Shown piece by piece: positions 1 to 9,645 of a stretch of DNA of 64,000 nucleotides. The notes under the pieces were generated by a model. That model made no database searches, was not told where the DNA came from, and saw nothing but the letters and a program-made list of their open reading frames with translations. Position 1 is the first letter of the stretch. Each line of letters starts with the position of its first letter. Source of the stretch: Bacteroidia bacterium. Lineage in GTDB: Bacteria > Bacteroidota > Bacteroidia > NS11-12g > UBA9320. The stretch is taken from NCBI GenBank assembly GCA_018402155.1, contig JAGYJG010000001.1:506198-570197 (forward strand). The letters are read 5' to 3'. A program made the translations under genes and the position numbers.

Positions 1-1
1 A

Positions 2-163
2 GCAGATTTGTACCCCCGCTTTGCTCCTACTATGGAATGGGATACTGCTGCCGCTCACGCCATATTAAATAGTTTGGGATACAAAATTTTTCAAAAACAG
101 ACCAAATCTGAGTTAATCTACAACAAAGAGAACTTACTAAATCCAAATTTTATTTGTTTTTGA
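2..163 (+). CDS. cysQ: 3'(2'),5'-bisphosphate nucleotidase CysQ, C-terminal fragment; the gene begins upstream of the window
   Basis: Frame 2 reads ...ADLYPRFAPTMEWDTAAAHAILNSLGYKIF...ICF*. The LYPRF(G/A)PT-x-WDTAAG/AHA motif is the conserved C-terminus of the CysQ/inositol-monophosphatase family. Stop at 161-163. Confidence 0.65.
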   Translation, partial: ADLYPRFAPTMEWDTAAAHAILNSLGYKIFQKQTKSELIYNKENLLNPNFICF

Positions 164-570
164 GTAGTGAAGATGCCTTCGGACTAAATATATATTCTAA
201 TGGTGGCTTGGTTGCTTTTAAGAAAAATACAGTATAAATCCATAGAATAGAAATTAGCACGATTAGGAGTTTTTAATATCCCATTATTCATGGTAGTATA
301 CCTAAATGTTGTGCCAACTAGTCTTAAATGATTTCTCATTCTTAAACTTTTTCTTTTTTTGAATAAAATATATGGAATAGAAGACCAACCGGAGTATTAA
401 GTGTAACTTCGCCAATCTAATTTTTTAGAAATCTTACCCTATTAATGAATATTATCATAACAAAGAATCAGTCAATTAGTCTTACTACACATTCTGCGGT
501 TAAAAGTAACAATTGAGGTGAAAACTTCTTTTTCATTAAGGAGATTATTTAGACCAATACTCGTATAACT

Positions 571-1779
571 TTGAAGATTATATATATATCAAAATACGCT
601 TCATATGCCCCCTTTGGCATAGAAACAAGACACTTTTATTTGTCTAAGGAGTTTGCGCGGCTCGGATATGAGTCAGAAGTATATCTTTCGACGTCAAATC
701 ATAGTTTATCTCGGCTACCTGACCTTTTAGAAGATAATTTAAATGGCGTAGCTATTCATTGGATTCCAACATTACAGTACGCCAATGCGTATGGGTTGAG
801 AAGAATAATAAGCTGGTTTCATTTTGAGTATAGGCTAAGAAATCGGCTAAAAAACGTAAAACTTACATCTGATGATGTGGTTATTTGCTCTTCGTTGTCA
901 TTGCTAACCATTTTGACAGGGATAAAACTAAAGAAAAAATGGAAATGCAAATTGGTTTTTGAGGTAAGAGATATATGGCCTTTGGTGCTCACACGGCTTA
1001 TCAATATATCAAAGAAAAATCCTATGTACCTTATGCTTAGATATATAGAGATGAAAGGTTACCGAAATTCCGATATACTTATAGGTACTATGCCAAATTT
1101 GGATGAACACGTAAGGTGTAGCTTGGGCTATACCAAAAAAACCTTATGGATTCCTCATCTTATAAATACGACGATATCTTACAAAACTACTCACCGATAT
1201 CAAAATGAGTTGTCAGAAATTAAAAAAAATGGAGGAAAAATTATTGGATATACTGGCAGTATAAATAGGTCTAGTGCATTGACTTATTTTTTGGATGCAG
1301 CTAAAGAATTATCAAATATTAAGGACAATATTCACGTTGTACTGCTGGGTGCAGGTCCTTCGCTTGTTGAGTTTAAGGAAAAGTATAAAGAAATAAGAAG
1401 TATTCATTTTTTTACTAAAATACCGCAAGATGAGGTGTTGGCATTTTGTCAAGATTGTGATGTATTGTATGACGGTTATTTGAAAAGCGAACTCTATAAA
1501 TATGGTAATAGCCGCAATAAATACGTAGAATACTGTTTGGCAAAACGACCAATACTACTAGCTTACGAGGGATTTAAGCATTTTGTAGAGGAGTATAAAT
1601 GTGGTTTAGTAGTGGCTCCAGAGTCTCACCTGGCTATTGTTGAAGGAATACGGACAGTCTTGAATAAAGAACCTAACATACTGGCTAAAATGGGAGAAAA
1701 CGCTCTTATTTTTGCACAACAAACCTTAAGTACAAATTGGCACGTAGATCGTTTAATTAAAGAAATAAATAGTGTATAA
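571..1779 (+). CDS. glycosyltransferase family 4 (GT-B, group 1)
   Basis: 402 aa. N-terminal GT4-type Rossmann start, C-terminal 'GYTGS...EG' GT1 region. TTG start at 571 with no in-frame ATG until far downstream. Stop overlaps the next gene. Confidence 0.7.
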   Translation: MKIIYISKYASYAPFGIETRHFYLSKEFARLGYESEVYLSTSNHSLSRLPDLLEDNLNGVAIHWIPTLQYANAYGLRRIISWFHFEYRLRNRLKNVKLTSDDVVICSSLSLLTILTGIKLKKKWKCKLVFEVRDIWPLVLTRLINISKKNPMYLMLRYIEMKGYRNSDILIGTMPNLDEHVRCSLGYTKKTLWIPHLINTTISYKTTHRYQNELSEIKKNGGKIIGYTGSINRSSALTYFLDAAKELSNIKDNIHVVLLGAGPSLVEFKEKYKEIRSIHFFTKIPQDEVLAFCQDCDVLYDGYLKSELYKYGNSRNKYVEYCLAKRPILLAYEGFKHFVEEYKCGLVVAPESHLAIVEGIRTVLNKEPNILAKMGENALIFAQQTLSTNWHVDRLIKEINSV

Positions 1780-2374
1780 GGACATAAAGCGTATCGTTGA
1801 TATTATGATTTCTCTTGTCGTTATTGTGCTGGCATCGCCATTATTTTTACTAACGGTATTACTTTTAAGCTGGGTTAATGGGGGTAGTCCTTTTTTTACT
1901 CAAATGCGACCAGGAAGATTTGACATACCCTTTAAGCTTCTAAAGTTTAAAACAATGAACGATAAGTGCAATGATAGTGGTGAGCTTCTAGATGATGCGC
2001 AGCGACTAACTGCAATAGGTAGAATAGTACGAAAACTGTCATTGGACGAGCTTCCTCAGCTTTTTAATGTTTTGAAAGGTGATATGTCACTTATTGGCCC
2101 TAGACCCCTATTAATGGATTATCTACCACTTTACAATGAGCAGCAGAAAAGACGTCACGAGATAAAACCCGGTATCACTGGCTGGGCGCAGGTAAATGGA
2201 AGAAATGCTAATAGCTGGAAGAAAAAGTTTGAACTAGACGTTTGGTACGTTGACAATTGCTCGTTTACTTTGGATTGTAAAATTTTGCTACTGACAGTTA
2301 TAAAGGTTTTGCAAAGTGACGGAATAAATTCCAAAACTGCTTCTACAATGGAAAAATTTAAAGGAACAACATGA
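1772..2374 (+). CDS. pglC: undecaprenyl-phosphate sugar-1-phosphate transferase, PglC-type small bacterial sugar transferase
   Basis: 200 aa. Near-colinear with Campylobacter PglC as I recall it (MY..I.KRI.D...aLvv.vL.SP...TALLL; FTQ.RPG; [30 protein letters not shown]; [14 protein letters not shown]; [10 protein letters not shown]). GTG start at 1772, 8-nt overlap with the upstream GT. Confidence 0.85.
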   Translation: MYKDIKRIVDIMISLVVIVLASPLFLLTVLLLSWVNGGSPFFTQMRPGRFDIPFKLLKFKTMNDKCNDSGELLDDAQRLTAIGRIVRKLSLDELPQLFNVLKGDMSLIGPRPLLMDYLPLYNEQQKRRHEIKPGITGWAQVNGRNANSWKKKFELDVWYVDNCSFTLDCKILLLTVIKVLQSDGINSKTASTMEKFKGTT

Positions 2375-2958
2375 TTTTATTTGGAACGAATGGACATGGG
2401 AAGGTAGTATACGATGCTTTGAAACGTCAGGCGCCCTTATTTTTTGACGATAATGAGTCAATTTTAGTTTTTCTAGATAAAAAAGTAGTAAGATACCACA
2501 GAGATATTCTGCCAGAAGAAAAGGTGTTAATTACCATAGGAAACAATAAAATACGTTTTTCTGTGGCTAAAAAACTAAAACATTCTGTAGGTCTTTTAAT
2601 TGCCGATACTGCGTGTGTAAGTTCGATGTCAGAAATATTGGAGGGTAGTCAAATATTGCAAGGTACTGTTATACAAGCGGGTGTTAAAATCGGAAAACAC
2701 GTCATAGTAAATACTGGAGCAAGCGTAGACCATGATTGTGAGATAGACGATTTTTGTCATATAGCACCGCAAGCAACCTTGTGCGGCAATGTAAGGGTAG
2801 GAGAAGGAACAATGATAGGAGCAGGCACTACTATCATTCCGGGTATTTCCATTGGCAAATGGTGTACAATAGGTGCCGGTTCTGTGGTTATCAATGATAT
2901 ACCTGATCACGCTACCGTTGTAGGAAATCCGGCAAGAATCATAAAGATAAATGAATAA
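2371..2958 (+). CDS. sugar N/O-acetyltransferase, NeuD/PglD/WbpD family (left-handed beta-helix hexapeptide)
   Basis: 195 aa. N-terminal Rossmann-like 'FGTNGHG' then hexapeptide repeats ([25 protein letters not shown]...[25 protein letters not shown]). Architecture matches PglD. 4-nt overlap with pglC. Confidence 0.75.
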   Translation: MILFGTNGHGKVVYDALKRQAPLFFDDNESILVFLDKKVVRYHRDILPEEKVLITIGNNKIRFSVAKKLKHSVGLLIADTACVSSMSEILEGSQILQGTVIQAGVKIGKHVIVNTGASVDHDCEIDDFCHIAPQATLCGNVRVGEGTMIGAGTTIIPGISIGKWCTIGAGSVVINDIPDHATVVGNPARIIKINE

Positions 2959-3102
2959 ATTAAGGACAAACGTACAACCTCTAAACTTGCAAGTAAAAGT
3001 ACTAGTTGCCACTAAAGAAGTGCCTATTTGTTTAGTTGACCGTGTAATCTTGCTGCTTTGCGATCTACGCCCTCACTACCATTGTGCTTTAATCAAAATA
3101 TT

Positions 3103-4278
3103 TTGAAAGTTTTATATTTTTTAACGAATTATCCGTCTTATTCAGAAACGTTTATTGCTGAAGAGATAAACCAACTTCGTGCACTTGGCCACACACCCAT
3201 TATATGTAATTTTACGTTTAAAACAGATGCACAACTAGACTCTGATTTTAAAATCCGAAACAACTCCAAAAATGTCTTCACTCTTTTCAAAGCTATTTAT
3301 GAGAATTCATTAGATGGGGACTCTCTTTTTTTTAATATATCTTTTTTACGTGCCATTATTTCTAGTATTCTACAAAAACCGAAATACTTTCTGAAATATG
3401 TATTTATGCTATTAAGTTCAGACTATATGCTGCAGCAAGCCAAGAAGGAGAATGCAGAGATGGCGGTTAATCATTTTTTATTTAAATCTACGCTGGCAGG
3501 GAGTTTTATTTGTGAAAAACTCAGTTTGCCCTATCATCTTAGATTACATACAAAAAATTACTTTTATGATGACAAACAATTGGCTCGGATACTTTTTAAT
3601 GCGCAAAGAGTGACAGCAATAGCGATGGATGTTAAATCATTTTATGAGGCAAAACTTGGTACTCTAGTTATCGATGTGGTGCGTCAAAGTGTAGACATTT
3701 CTTTTTTGACAGGATTGAATTCAGCCCCGAAAAATTCATCTATTTGTAAAATTATTTGTATTGGCCGTCTAGTCAAAAAGAAAGGCTTCAATTATCTAAT
3801 AGGTGCATTGGGAGAGATAAAAAAAAATAATGTGACAAATTGGAAATTAGATATTTATGGTGATGGTGCAGAATATTCTTACTTAGATAGTTTAATAGTT
3901 GCGCATGGGCTATCAGAAAATGTAAAGCTCTGGGGTCAAAAAAAACATGCTGAACTAATGATACTACTCGCTCAATCAGATTTATTAGTAGTGCCTAGTG
4001 TAGAAATGAAAAATGATATCGATGGGATTCCAACGGTACTTATAGAAGCCATGCTCATGAGGATACCAGTCTTGGCTTATAATACAGCTGGCATTCCCGA
4101 AATAGTTGTATCAGATAAAACTGGCTTTTTGGTAGAAGCAAAAAATATAAAGGAATTGAGCGATAAGCTGATTTATCTCATAGAAAATCCAACGATACGG
4201 CAAAGTGTGGTAGAGCAGGCATATAGCCATGTGCTCAAAGAATATAAAAGGAATTTGGCCAATGAATTTTTCCTCTAA
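3103..4278 (+). CDS. glycosyltransferase family 4
   Basis: ORF 3058-4278. The only plausible starts are TTG codons at 3058 or 3103 (giving MKVLYFLTNYPSYSETFI, a typical GT4 N-terminus). C-terminal 'EAMLMRIPVLAYNTAGIPEIV' GT1 signature. Confidence 0.65.
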   Translation: MKVLYFLTNYPSYSETFIAEEINQLRALGHTPIICNFTFKTDAQLDSDFKIRNNSKNVFTLFKAIYENSLDGDSLFFNISFLRAIISSILQKPKYFLKYVFMLLSSDYMLQQAKKENAEMAVNHFLFKSTLAGSFICEKLSLPYHLRLHTKNYFYDDKQLARILFNAQRVTAIAMDVKSFYEAKLGTLVIDVVRQSVDISFLTGLNSAPKNSSICKIICIGRLVKKKGFNYLIGALGEIKKNNVTNWKLDIYGDGAEYSYLDSLIVAHGLSENVKLWGQKKHAELMILLAQSDLLVVPSVEMKNDIDGIPTVLIEAMLMRIPVLAYNTAGIPEIVVSDKTGFLVEAKNIKELSDKLIYLIENPTIRQSVVEQAYSHVLKEYKRNLANEFFL

Positions 4279-5428
4279 CAAAGAAAAAAGAACTATAGCA
4301 TTTCTTTTTAGTGGCGATTTTCCTGAGGGAAATACCAAAAATGCACGCTTAAAAGTCTTAATCGATGGATTGAAAAAACACCATTGGGAACCTACTGTTT
4401 TTTCTGTATATCCATCTAAGTTTTCAGCCACTATACCTACTGCTCAACCAAAACATTGGAATAATACAGCAATTTCGTACTTTAGTATTTCACGAAGATA
4501 TTGGAGACATAAACCTTTTCGTCTTGTCCAAGTTCTTTTTTCACATGTTCATCTGCTTTGTTGGTCACTACTATTTGCGCATAAATATGATGTTTTTTAC
4601 TACTATAACCCCCGTTTTACGGACACGCTTCCGTCCTTACTTTTACAACGTATCCTTGGTAGAAAAGTAGTTGTAGACCAAACAGAGCTTTTTAGCTCAG
4701 GAAAAAATAAAACCATTCATTTATTAGAAGAAAAGCTCATAGCCCGACATTCATCTGTCCTACTTGTAATTTCAGATAAATTAATGAAATACTATCTAGA
4801 ATTTAGACAAAGAAATATATATAAGTTTCCAATTATTGTAGATTTTAAGAGGTTTGATGTTGTTGCAAATGAGCAAGAGCATCTAATAGGATATATTGGC
4901 TCTTTTGCCACAAAAGATGGAATAAATGTTCTTTTGGATGGAGTAAAAAAAGCCAGAAGTAAGTTACCTCAACTCAGGTTGAGACTTATAGGATACAATC
5001 CAAATATGAGAGCTTTACAGGAGTTATGTGCATTTAAAGGAATGTCAGAAAGCGTAGAAATAACTGGAACAGTGGCCTATGCCGAAATACCTTACTTGCT
5101 AAATGAGTGCGATACCTTTCTGATGAACAGGAGTAAGGATGCTTTTTCGACTTATGGTTATCCTATAAAACTAGGCGAATATTTTGCTTGCAGAAAACCA
5201 ATTTTGATGAGTGATGGCGTGGGGTTTTCGCAGGAGTTTGTGCACGGTGTGGAGGTTTATAAATTTGAAGAGGAAAATGCTGAATCACTAGCTACTGCAT
5301 TACTTAATAGGTATAAAAATAGGGAGGTAAGTGATGAAATTGCTAGACGTGGATTTACATTCTCTAGGCAGCATTTTGACGGAGAAAAAATGGTAAAATT
5401 TTTAAACCAAATTTTAATGAAATTATGA
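4262..5428 (+). CDS. glycosyltransferase family 4
   Basis: ORF 4229-5428. The internal ATG at 4262 (MNFSSNKEKRTIAFLFSGDFPEG) is more plausible and reduces overlap with the upstream gene. C-terminal 'GYPIKLGEYFACRKPILMSD' GT1 motif. Confidence 0.65.
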   Translation: MNFSSNKEKRTIAFLFSGDFPEGNTKNARLKVLIDGLKKHHWEPTVFSVYPSKFSATIPTAQPKHWNNTAISYFSISRRYWRHKPFRLVQVLFSHVHLLCWSLLFAHKYDVFYYYNPRFTDTLPSLLLQRILGRKVVVDQTELFSSGKNKTIHLLEEKLIARHSSVLLVISDKLMKYYLEFRQRNIYKFPIIVDFKRFDVVANEQEHLIGYIGSFATKDGINVLLDGVKKARSKLPQLRLRLIGYNPNMRALQELCAFKGMSESVEITGTVAYAEIPYLLNECDTFLMNRSKDAFSTYGYPIKLGEYFACRKPILMSDGVGFSQEFVHGVEVYKFEEENAESLATALLNRYKNREVSDEIARRGFTFSRQHFDGEKMVKFLNQILMKL

Positions 5429-6375
5429 AAAAAATAGCTGTGCTAGGAGGTGGTGGATTTATAGGTAACCATCTCATCAAAAGATTGAAACAAAATATTG
5501 TACACATAGTTGCTGTAGATCTGAAATACCCGGAGTTTGATAAAACAATGGCTGATGAATTTATAATTGGGGATCTCAGAAATCAAGAATTTGTCAAAAA
5601 AATACTCGCAATTCATTTTGATGAAGTGTATCAACTAGCGGCAGATATGGGAGGAGCAGGTTATATTTTTGTAGGTGAAAACGATGCAGATATTATGCAT
5701 AATTCAGCTCAAATAAATATCAATGTAGCAGAATGTTTGAAAAATACTAAAACTAGGGTTTTTTATTCATCTTCGGCATGTATTTATCCTGAAGAAAATC
5801 AAATGGATGCTCAAAATCCAAATTGTGCAGAGGCTTCCGCTTTTCCGGCAAATCCAGATAGTGAGTATGGTTGGGAAAAATTATTTAGTGAAAGGCTTTA
5901 TCTGAGTTATTATAGAAATTATGGATTAGATGTTAGAATAGCGCGTTTTCATAATATTTTTGGTCCATTGGCTGCTTATGAGGGAGGTAGAGAAAAAGCT
6001 CCCGCAGCTATTGTACGCAAGGTTGCCTTGGCGAAAGATGGAGATGAGATAGAGGTTTGGGGCTCTGGCTATCAAACTCGTTCTTTTCTTTATATCGATG
6101 AATGTTTAGAAGGTATACTAAGACTAATGGAATCTGATATAATAATGCCCATAAATATAGGTTCAGCAGAGATGGTTACTATCAATGAACTTACGGCTAT
6201 GGTAATAGGCATAAGCGGAAAAACACTGACTATCAAAAATATTGATGGACCAGTTGGGGTAAATGGCAGATGCTCAGACAATAAACTTATTGCTAATAAA
6301 CTGCAATGGCAACCTAATTTCCCACTCCATAAAGGGATGGAAATTCTATATAATTGGGTTCATTCTAAACTTTAA
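5425..6375 (+). CDS. GDP-mannose 3,5-epimerase (GME) family NAD-dependent epimerase
   Basis: 316 aa. GxxGxxG (GGGGFIG), LAADMGG, SSSACIYPE, YGWEKL, RIARFHNIFGP, GGREKAPAAIVRK, WGSGYQTRSFLYIDECLEGILRL, PINIGSAEMVTINELTAMV and GPVGVNGRCSDNKL all align with plant GDP-mannose 3,5-epimerase as I recall its sequence. 4-nt overlap with the upstream GT. Confidence 0.8.
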   Translation: MKKIAVLGGGGFIGNHLIKRLKQNIVHIVAVDLKYPEFDKTMADEFIIGDLRNQEFVKKILAIHFDEVYQLAADMGGAGYIFVGENDADIMHNSAQININVAECLKNTKTRVFYSSSACIYPEENQMDAQNPNCAEASAFPANPDSEYGWEKLFSERLYLSYYRNYGLDVRIARFHNIFGPLAAYEGGREKAPAAIVRKVALAKDGDEIEVWGSGYQTRSFLYIDECLEGILRLMESDIIMPINIGSAEMVTINELTAMVIGISGKTLTIKNIDGPVGVNGRCSDNKLIANKLQWQPNFPLHKGMEILYNWVHSKL

Positions 6376-6422
6376 TTTTAACGTTACAAATAAATAATGG
6401 AAGTACATTTGTTGTAAAATAT

Positions 6423-7604
6423 ATGAACTTATCTTTTGATAATACAGAGGTAGCTTTTGCTCATAAAACGAATGCAGATTTAAAAAAGGCATACCGACTT
6501 TTTCAAACGTTTGGTTCTCCATTTTTAGTAAAATATGGTCCTAAACTCACCAATTTAGCACTGAATTTTGGTCTTCCCATAAAAGGTATTATCAAGAAAA
6601 CACTTTTTGCCCAATTTTGCGGTGGAGAGACTATAGCCGAGAGTTTTCCTTCTGCTAAACAACTTTATGAAAATGGTATCGGTGCAATTCTGGATTACAG
6701 TGTAGAGGGGGAGGGTACAGGAGAAAACTTCGCAAAAGCTTTTGGAGAGCTTCAAAAGGTGATTATAGAGGCTACCGATAAGCCAGAGTATCCGTTTGCT
6801 GTTTTTAAATGTACTGGTATTGGTAATTTTCAAATGCTAGCCAACGTTACCAGCGCTCTACGTAATGGTGCTGAAACGACATATAGAGACGAACTAGACT
6901 ATCAGCATTTTCGCTCGCGATTTGAAGCGCTCTGCAAATTGGCATACGAAAATGGCACTAAGCTTTTTGTGGATGCTGAAGAAACATGGATTCAAGACGC
7001 CATTGACGAAATAACATATCAGAATATGGCTAATTATAATATTGACAATACTATTTTGTACAATACTATTCAGCTTTATCGTAAAGAGCGTATACCTGAA
7101 ATGAAGTATAGAATAGAAGAAGCACGTATAGGTGGATATAAGATTGGATTTAAATTAGTGCGAGGAGCGTATATGGAAAAAGAAGCTGCTAGAGCAGCAG
7201 AATTAGGCTATCAAAATCCTATACATCGAAGTAAAAAAGAAACGGATGACGACTACAATGCAGCCTTAAAGCTTTGTTTCGAAAATAGAGACGTAGTAAG
7301 TATTTGTGCAGGTACCCACAACGAGGAAAGCTCGCTGATTTTGGCACATCTTTTAGAGAGTGGAGAAATAGATAGAAATGATGACCGATTTTGGTTTGCT
7401 CAGTTGTATGGAATGAGCGATCACATCAGCTATAATCTAGCTGCTTCTGGATACAACGTAGCTAAATATTTGCCTTACGGACCTATAAAAGAAGTGCTTC
7501 CTTACCTTAGCCGTAGAGCACAAGAAAACAGCAGTGTTAAAGGACAAGCTGGCAGGGAACTTACTTTAATAAGTGCGGAACTAAAACGTCGTCGATTGGT
7601 TTAA
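6423..7604 (+). CDS. proline dehydrogenase (monofunctional PutA-like)
   Basis: 393 aa. C-terminal 'AQLYGMSDHISYNLAASGYNVAKYLPYGPIKEVLPYLSRRAQENSS' is the Pro_dh family signature. Confidence 0.8.
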   Translation: MNLSFDNTEVAFAHKTNADLKKAYRLFQTFGSPFLVKYGPKLTNLALNFGLPIKGIIKKTLFAQFCGGETIAESFPSAKQLYENGIGAILDYSVEGEGTGENFAKAFGELQKVIIEATDKPEYPFAVFKCTGIGNFQMLANVTSALRNGAETTYRDELDYQHFRSRFEALCKLAYENGTKLFVDAEETWIQDAIDEITYQNMANYNIDNTILYNTIQLYRKERIPEMKYRIEEARIGGYKIGFKLVRGAYMEKEAARAAELGYQNPIHRSKKETDDDYNAALKLCFENRDVVSICAGTHNEESSLILAHLLESGEIDRNDDRFWFAQLYGMSDHISYNLAASGYNVAKYLPYGPIKEVLPYLSRRAQENSSVKGQAGRELTLISAELKRRRLV

Positions 7605-7902
7605 AGGACTATCGTCCAAACAGTAGCGTAATATCTTTGCCTTTTTGCTTTTTACTCGTTATGTGTGATCTATTTTTTGTGTTTTGGAAATAACTACTCA
7701 AGGCCATATTGCTGAAATCCATTTTGGTTGCACGTGCTGTTGACAAATCCAGGATAGCCTTCGAAACTTTATATATTGGCTAGTAAAATCAATCTGAAAA
7801 GCCATAAATATATACTTTATAGAATAGTCCAATGCAAGTAGAATTAACTTTCTTCTACTTATATTTATCTATTACTCGACCGCCAAATTAAGACGGATTG
7901 TT

Positions 7903-8388
7903 TCATAAAAGAGTATTTCCATGGTCTTTGTTTTTAATATATCCGTGGTCTACAGATAGGCTTTTCCCTTCAGCTGCTTTTTTGGCTAGCGTGTCACATA
8001 CTTCGTTTTCTGGTACGCCACTATGGCCTTTTACCCATACAAAATGTATACTGTACCTAGGGTATATGTCAAGAAACCGTCTCCATAAGTCATCGTTGGC
8101 TTTATTCTTAAATCCTTTTTTTACCCAGTTAAAAACCCACTTTTTTTCTACAGCGTCAATTACATATTTAGAGTCAGAGTAAATCACTATTTGTTTATCT
8201 TTAGCAAAATCATTGAGCATATGGAGTGCTTCTACTACGGCCAACAGCTCCATTCTGTTATTGGTTGTCTTTTTAAAACCTTGGCTTGCTGTTTTGCGTA
8301 TTTCACGCCATTTTAGCACTATTCCGTATCCTCCGGGTCCGGGATTTCCTAAGGCACTTCCATCGGTGTATATTTCTATTTTTTCCAC
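7903..8388 (-). CDS. rnhA: ribonuclease HI
   Basis: 161 aa. 'IYTDGSALGNPGPGGYG' and 'VKGHSGVPENEVCD' RNase H motifs. Confidence 0.9.
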   Translation of the reverse strand: MEKIEIYTDGSALGNPGPGGYGIVLKWREIRKTASQGFKKTTNNRMELLAVVEALHMLNDFAKDKQIVIYSDSKYVIDAVEKKWVFNWVKKGFKNKANDDLWRRFLDIYPRYSIHFVWVKGHSGVPENEVCDTLAKKAAEGKSLSVDHGYIKNKDHGNTLL

Positions 8389-9629
8389 CCTTTGCTTGTC
8401 AAAACTGTTTTATTTTCTGCAATTAATTGTAAAATATCTGCAACTACAAAATTACTTCCCCCTATAAATAATATTTCATCTTTTTGCATATCTGCCAAAC
8501 TGTTTTTTAGCGCTTCTGACATACTTGGGTATGCTTCTCCATGTATATTATACTCAGAAAATTTTTGCTTTGTAGTTTCTTGATGCATTCCACGTATAAC
8601 ATTAGGTTTTACAAAATGATACGATTGGCCTTTGGGCAATAAAGGGATTATATTTTCTAATTTCTTGTCACTAACAAAACCCAATAGATAATGAATCGGC
8701 TTGTTTAGTGCTAGGAGCTGACTCGATATCAGTTCAAAACCTTCTTCATTGTGTCCTACATCGCAAATAATAAGTGGCTTTTCACTGAGAGTCTGCCACC
8801 TTCCTACGAAATTGGTAATCCGCCCTACCTGCTGAAGTGCTTCACTATTTTTGGTGGCAGTTGTGGGTAAACTGTGCTGGGTCAATTCTACACATCTCAA
8901 AGCACAACCGATGTTCCATTGCTGGTGCTCTCCTTGTAGGTCAGTTTTGAATGTATGATTCAAATACATATGATATGAAGCGTTTTTTGCGATAGCATTT
9001 TCATGTAATACATGCAATGGATCTGCACCTATGTGACCAAATACTACAGGTACATTTTGTTTGATTATTCCAGCTTTTTCTGCGGCTATAAGTTCAAGTG
9101 TATCGCCTAGCATATCCATGTGGTCATAGCCTATGGATGTGATTATACTGACCAATGGAGATATGACATTAGTACTATCTAGTCTACCCCCTAAACCTGT
9201 TTCTATAATGGCTATATCTACTTTTTTCTCTGCAAAATAGGCGAAGGCCATTGCCACGGTTATCTCAAAAAAAGACGGTTGTATGCGTTCTATTTCGGGT
9301 GTTATACGCTTTGTAAAATCTACAATAAATTTTTTTGTACATAATTGTCCGTTAAGTTTGATTCGCTCACGAAAATCAACCAAATGGGGTGAAGTGTATA
9401 ACCCAACGTCGTATCCATTGTGCTGATAAATTGCCGCAAGTATGTGGCTTGTAGAGCCTTTGCCATTAGTTCCTGCTACGTGAATACTTTTAAATGATTT
9501 GTGTGGATTGTCTAATGCCGCACATAACTCAATGATGTTTGTTAGATCTTTTTTGAAAGCAGCGGTACCAATGCGCTGGTACATAGGCAACTTGGTATAC
9601 AAGTAATCAAGCGTTTGCTCGTAGGTCAC
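8376..9629 (-). CDS. folC: bifunctional folylpolyglutamate synthase / dihydrofolate synthase
   Basis: 417 aa. 'HVAGTNGKGSTSH' Mur-ligase P-loop. Overlaps rnhA by 13 nt (operon). Confidence 0.85.
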   Translation of the reverse strand: MTYEQTLDYLYTKLPMYQRIGTAAFKKDLTNIIELCAALDNPHKSFKSIHVAGTNGKGSTSHILAAIYQHNGYDVGLYTSPHLVDFRERIKLNGQLCTKKFIVDFTKRITPEIERIQPSFFEITVAMAFAYFAEKKVDIAIIETGLGGRLDSTNVISPLVSIITSIGYDHMDMLGDTLELIAAEKAGIIKQNVPVVFGHIGADPLHVLHENAIAKNASYHMYLNHTFKTDLQGEHQQWNIGCALRCVELTQHSLPTTATKNSEALQQVGRITNFVGRWQTLSEKPLIICDVGHNEEGFELISSQLLALNKPIHYLLGFVSDKKLENIIPLLPKGQSYHFVKPNVIRGMHQETTKQKFSEYNIHGEAYPSMSEALKNSLADMQKDEILFIGGSNFVVADILQLIAENKTVLTSKGWKK

Positions 9630-9645
9630 TTGAGGTTTGATCTAA

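Noticed and set aside
3058-3102. Extra 15 N-terminal residues on the second GT4 (TTG at 3058)
   Set aside because: The sequence MRSTPSLPLCFNQNI is not GT-like. The downstream TTG at 3103 gives a canonical MKVLYF... start. Both remain possible.
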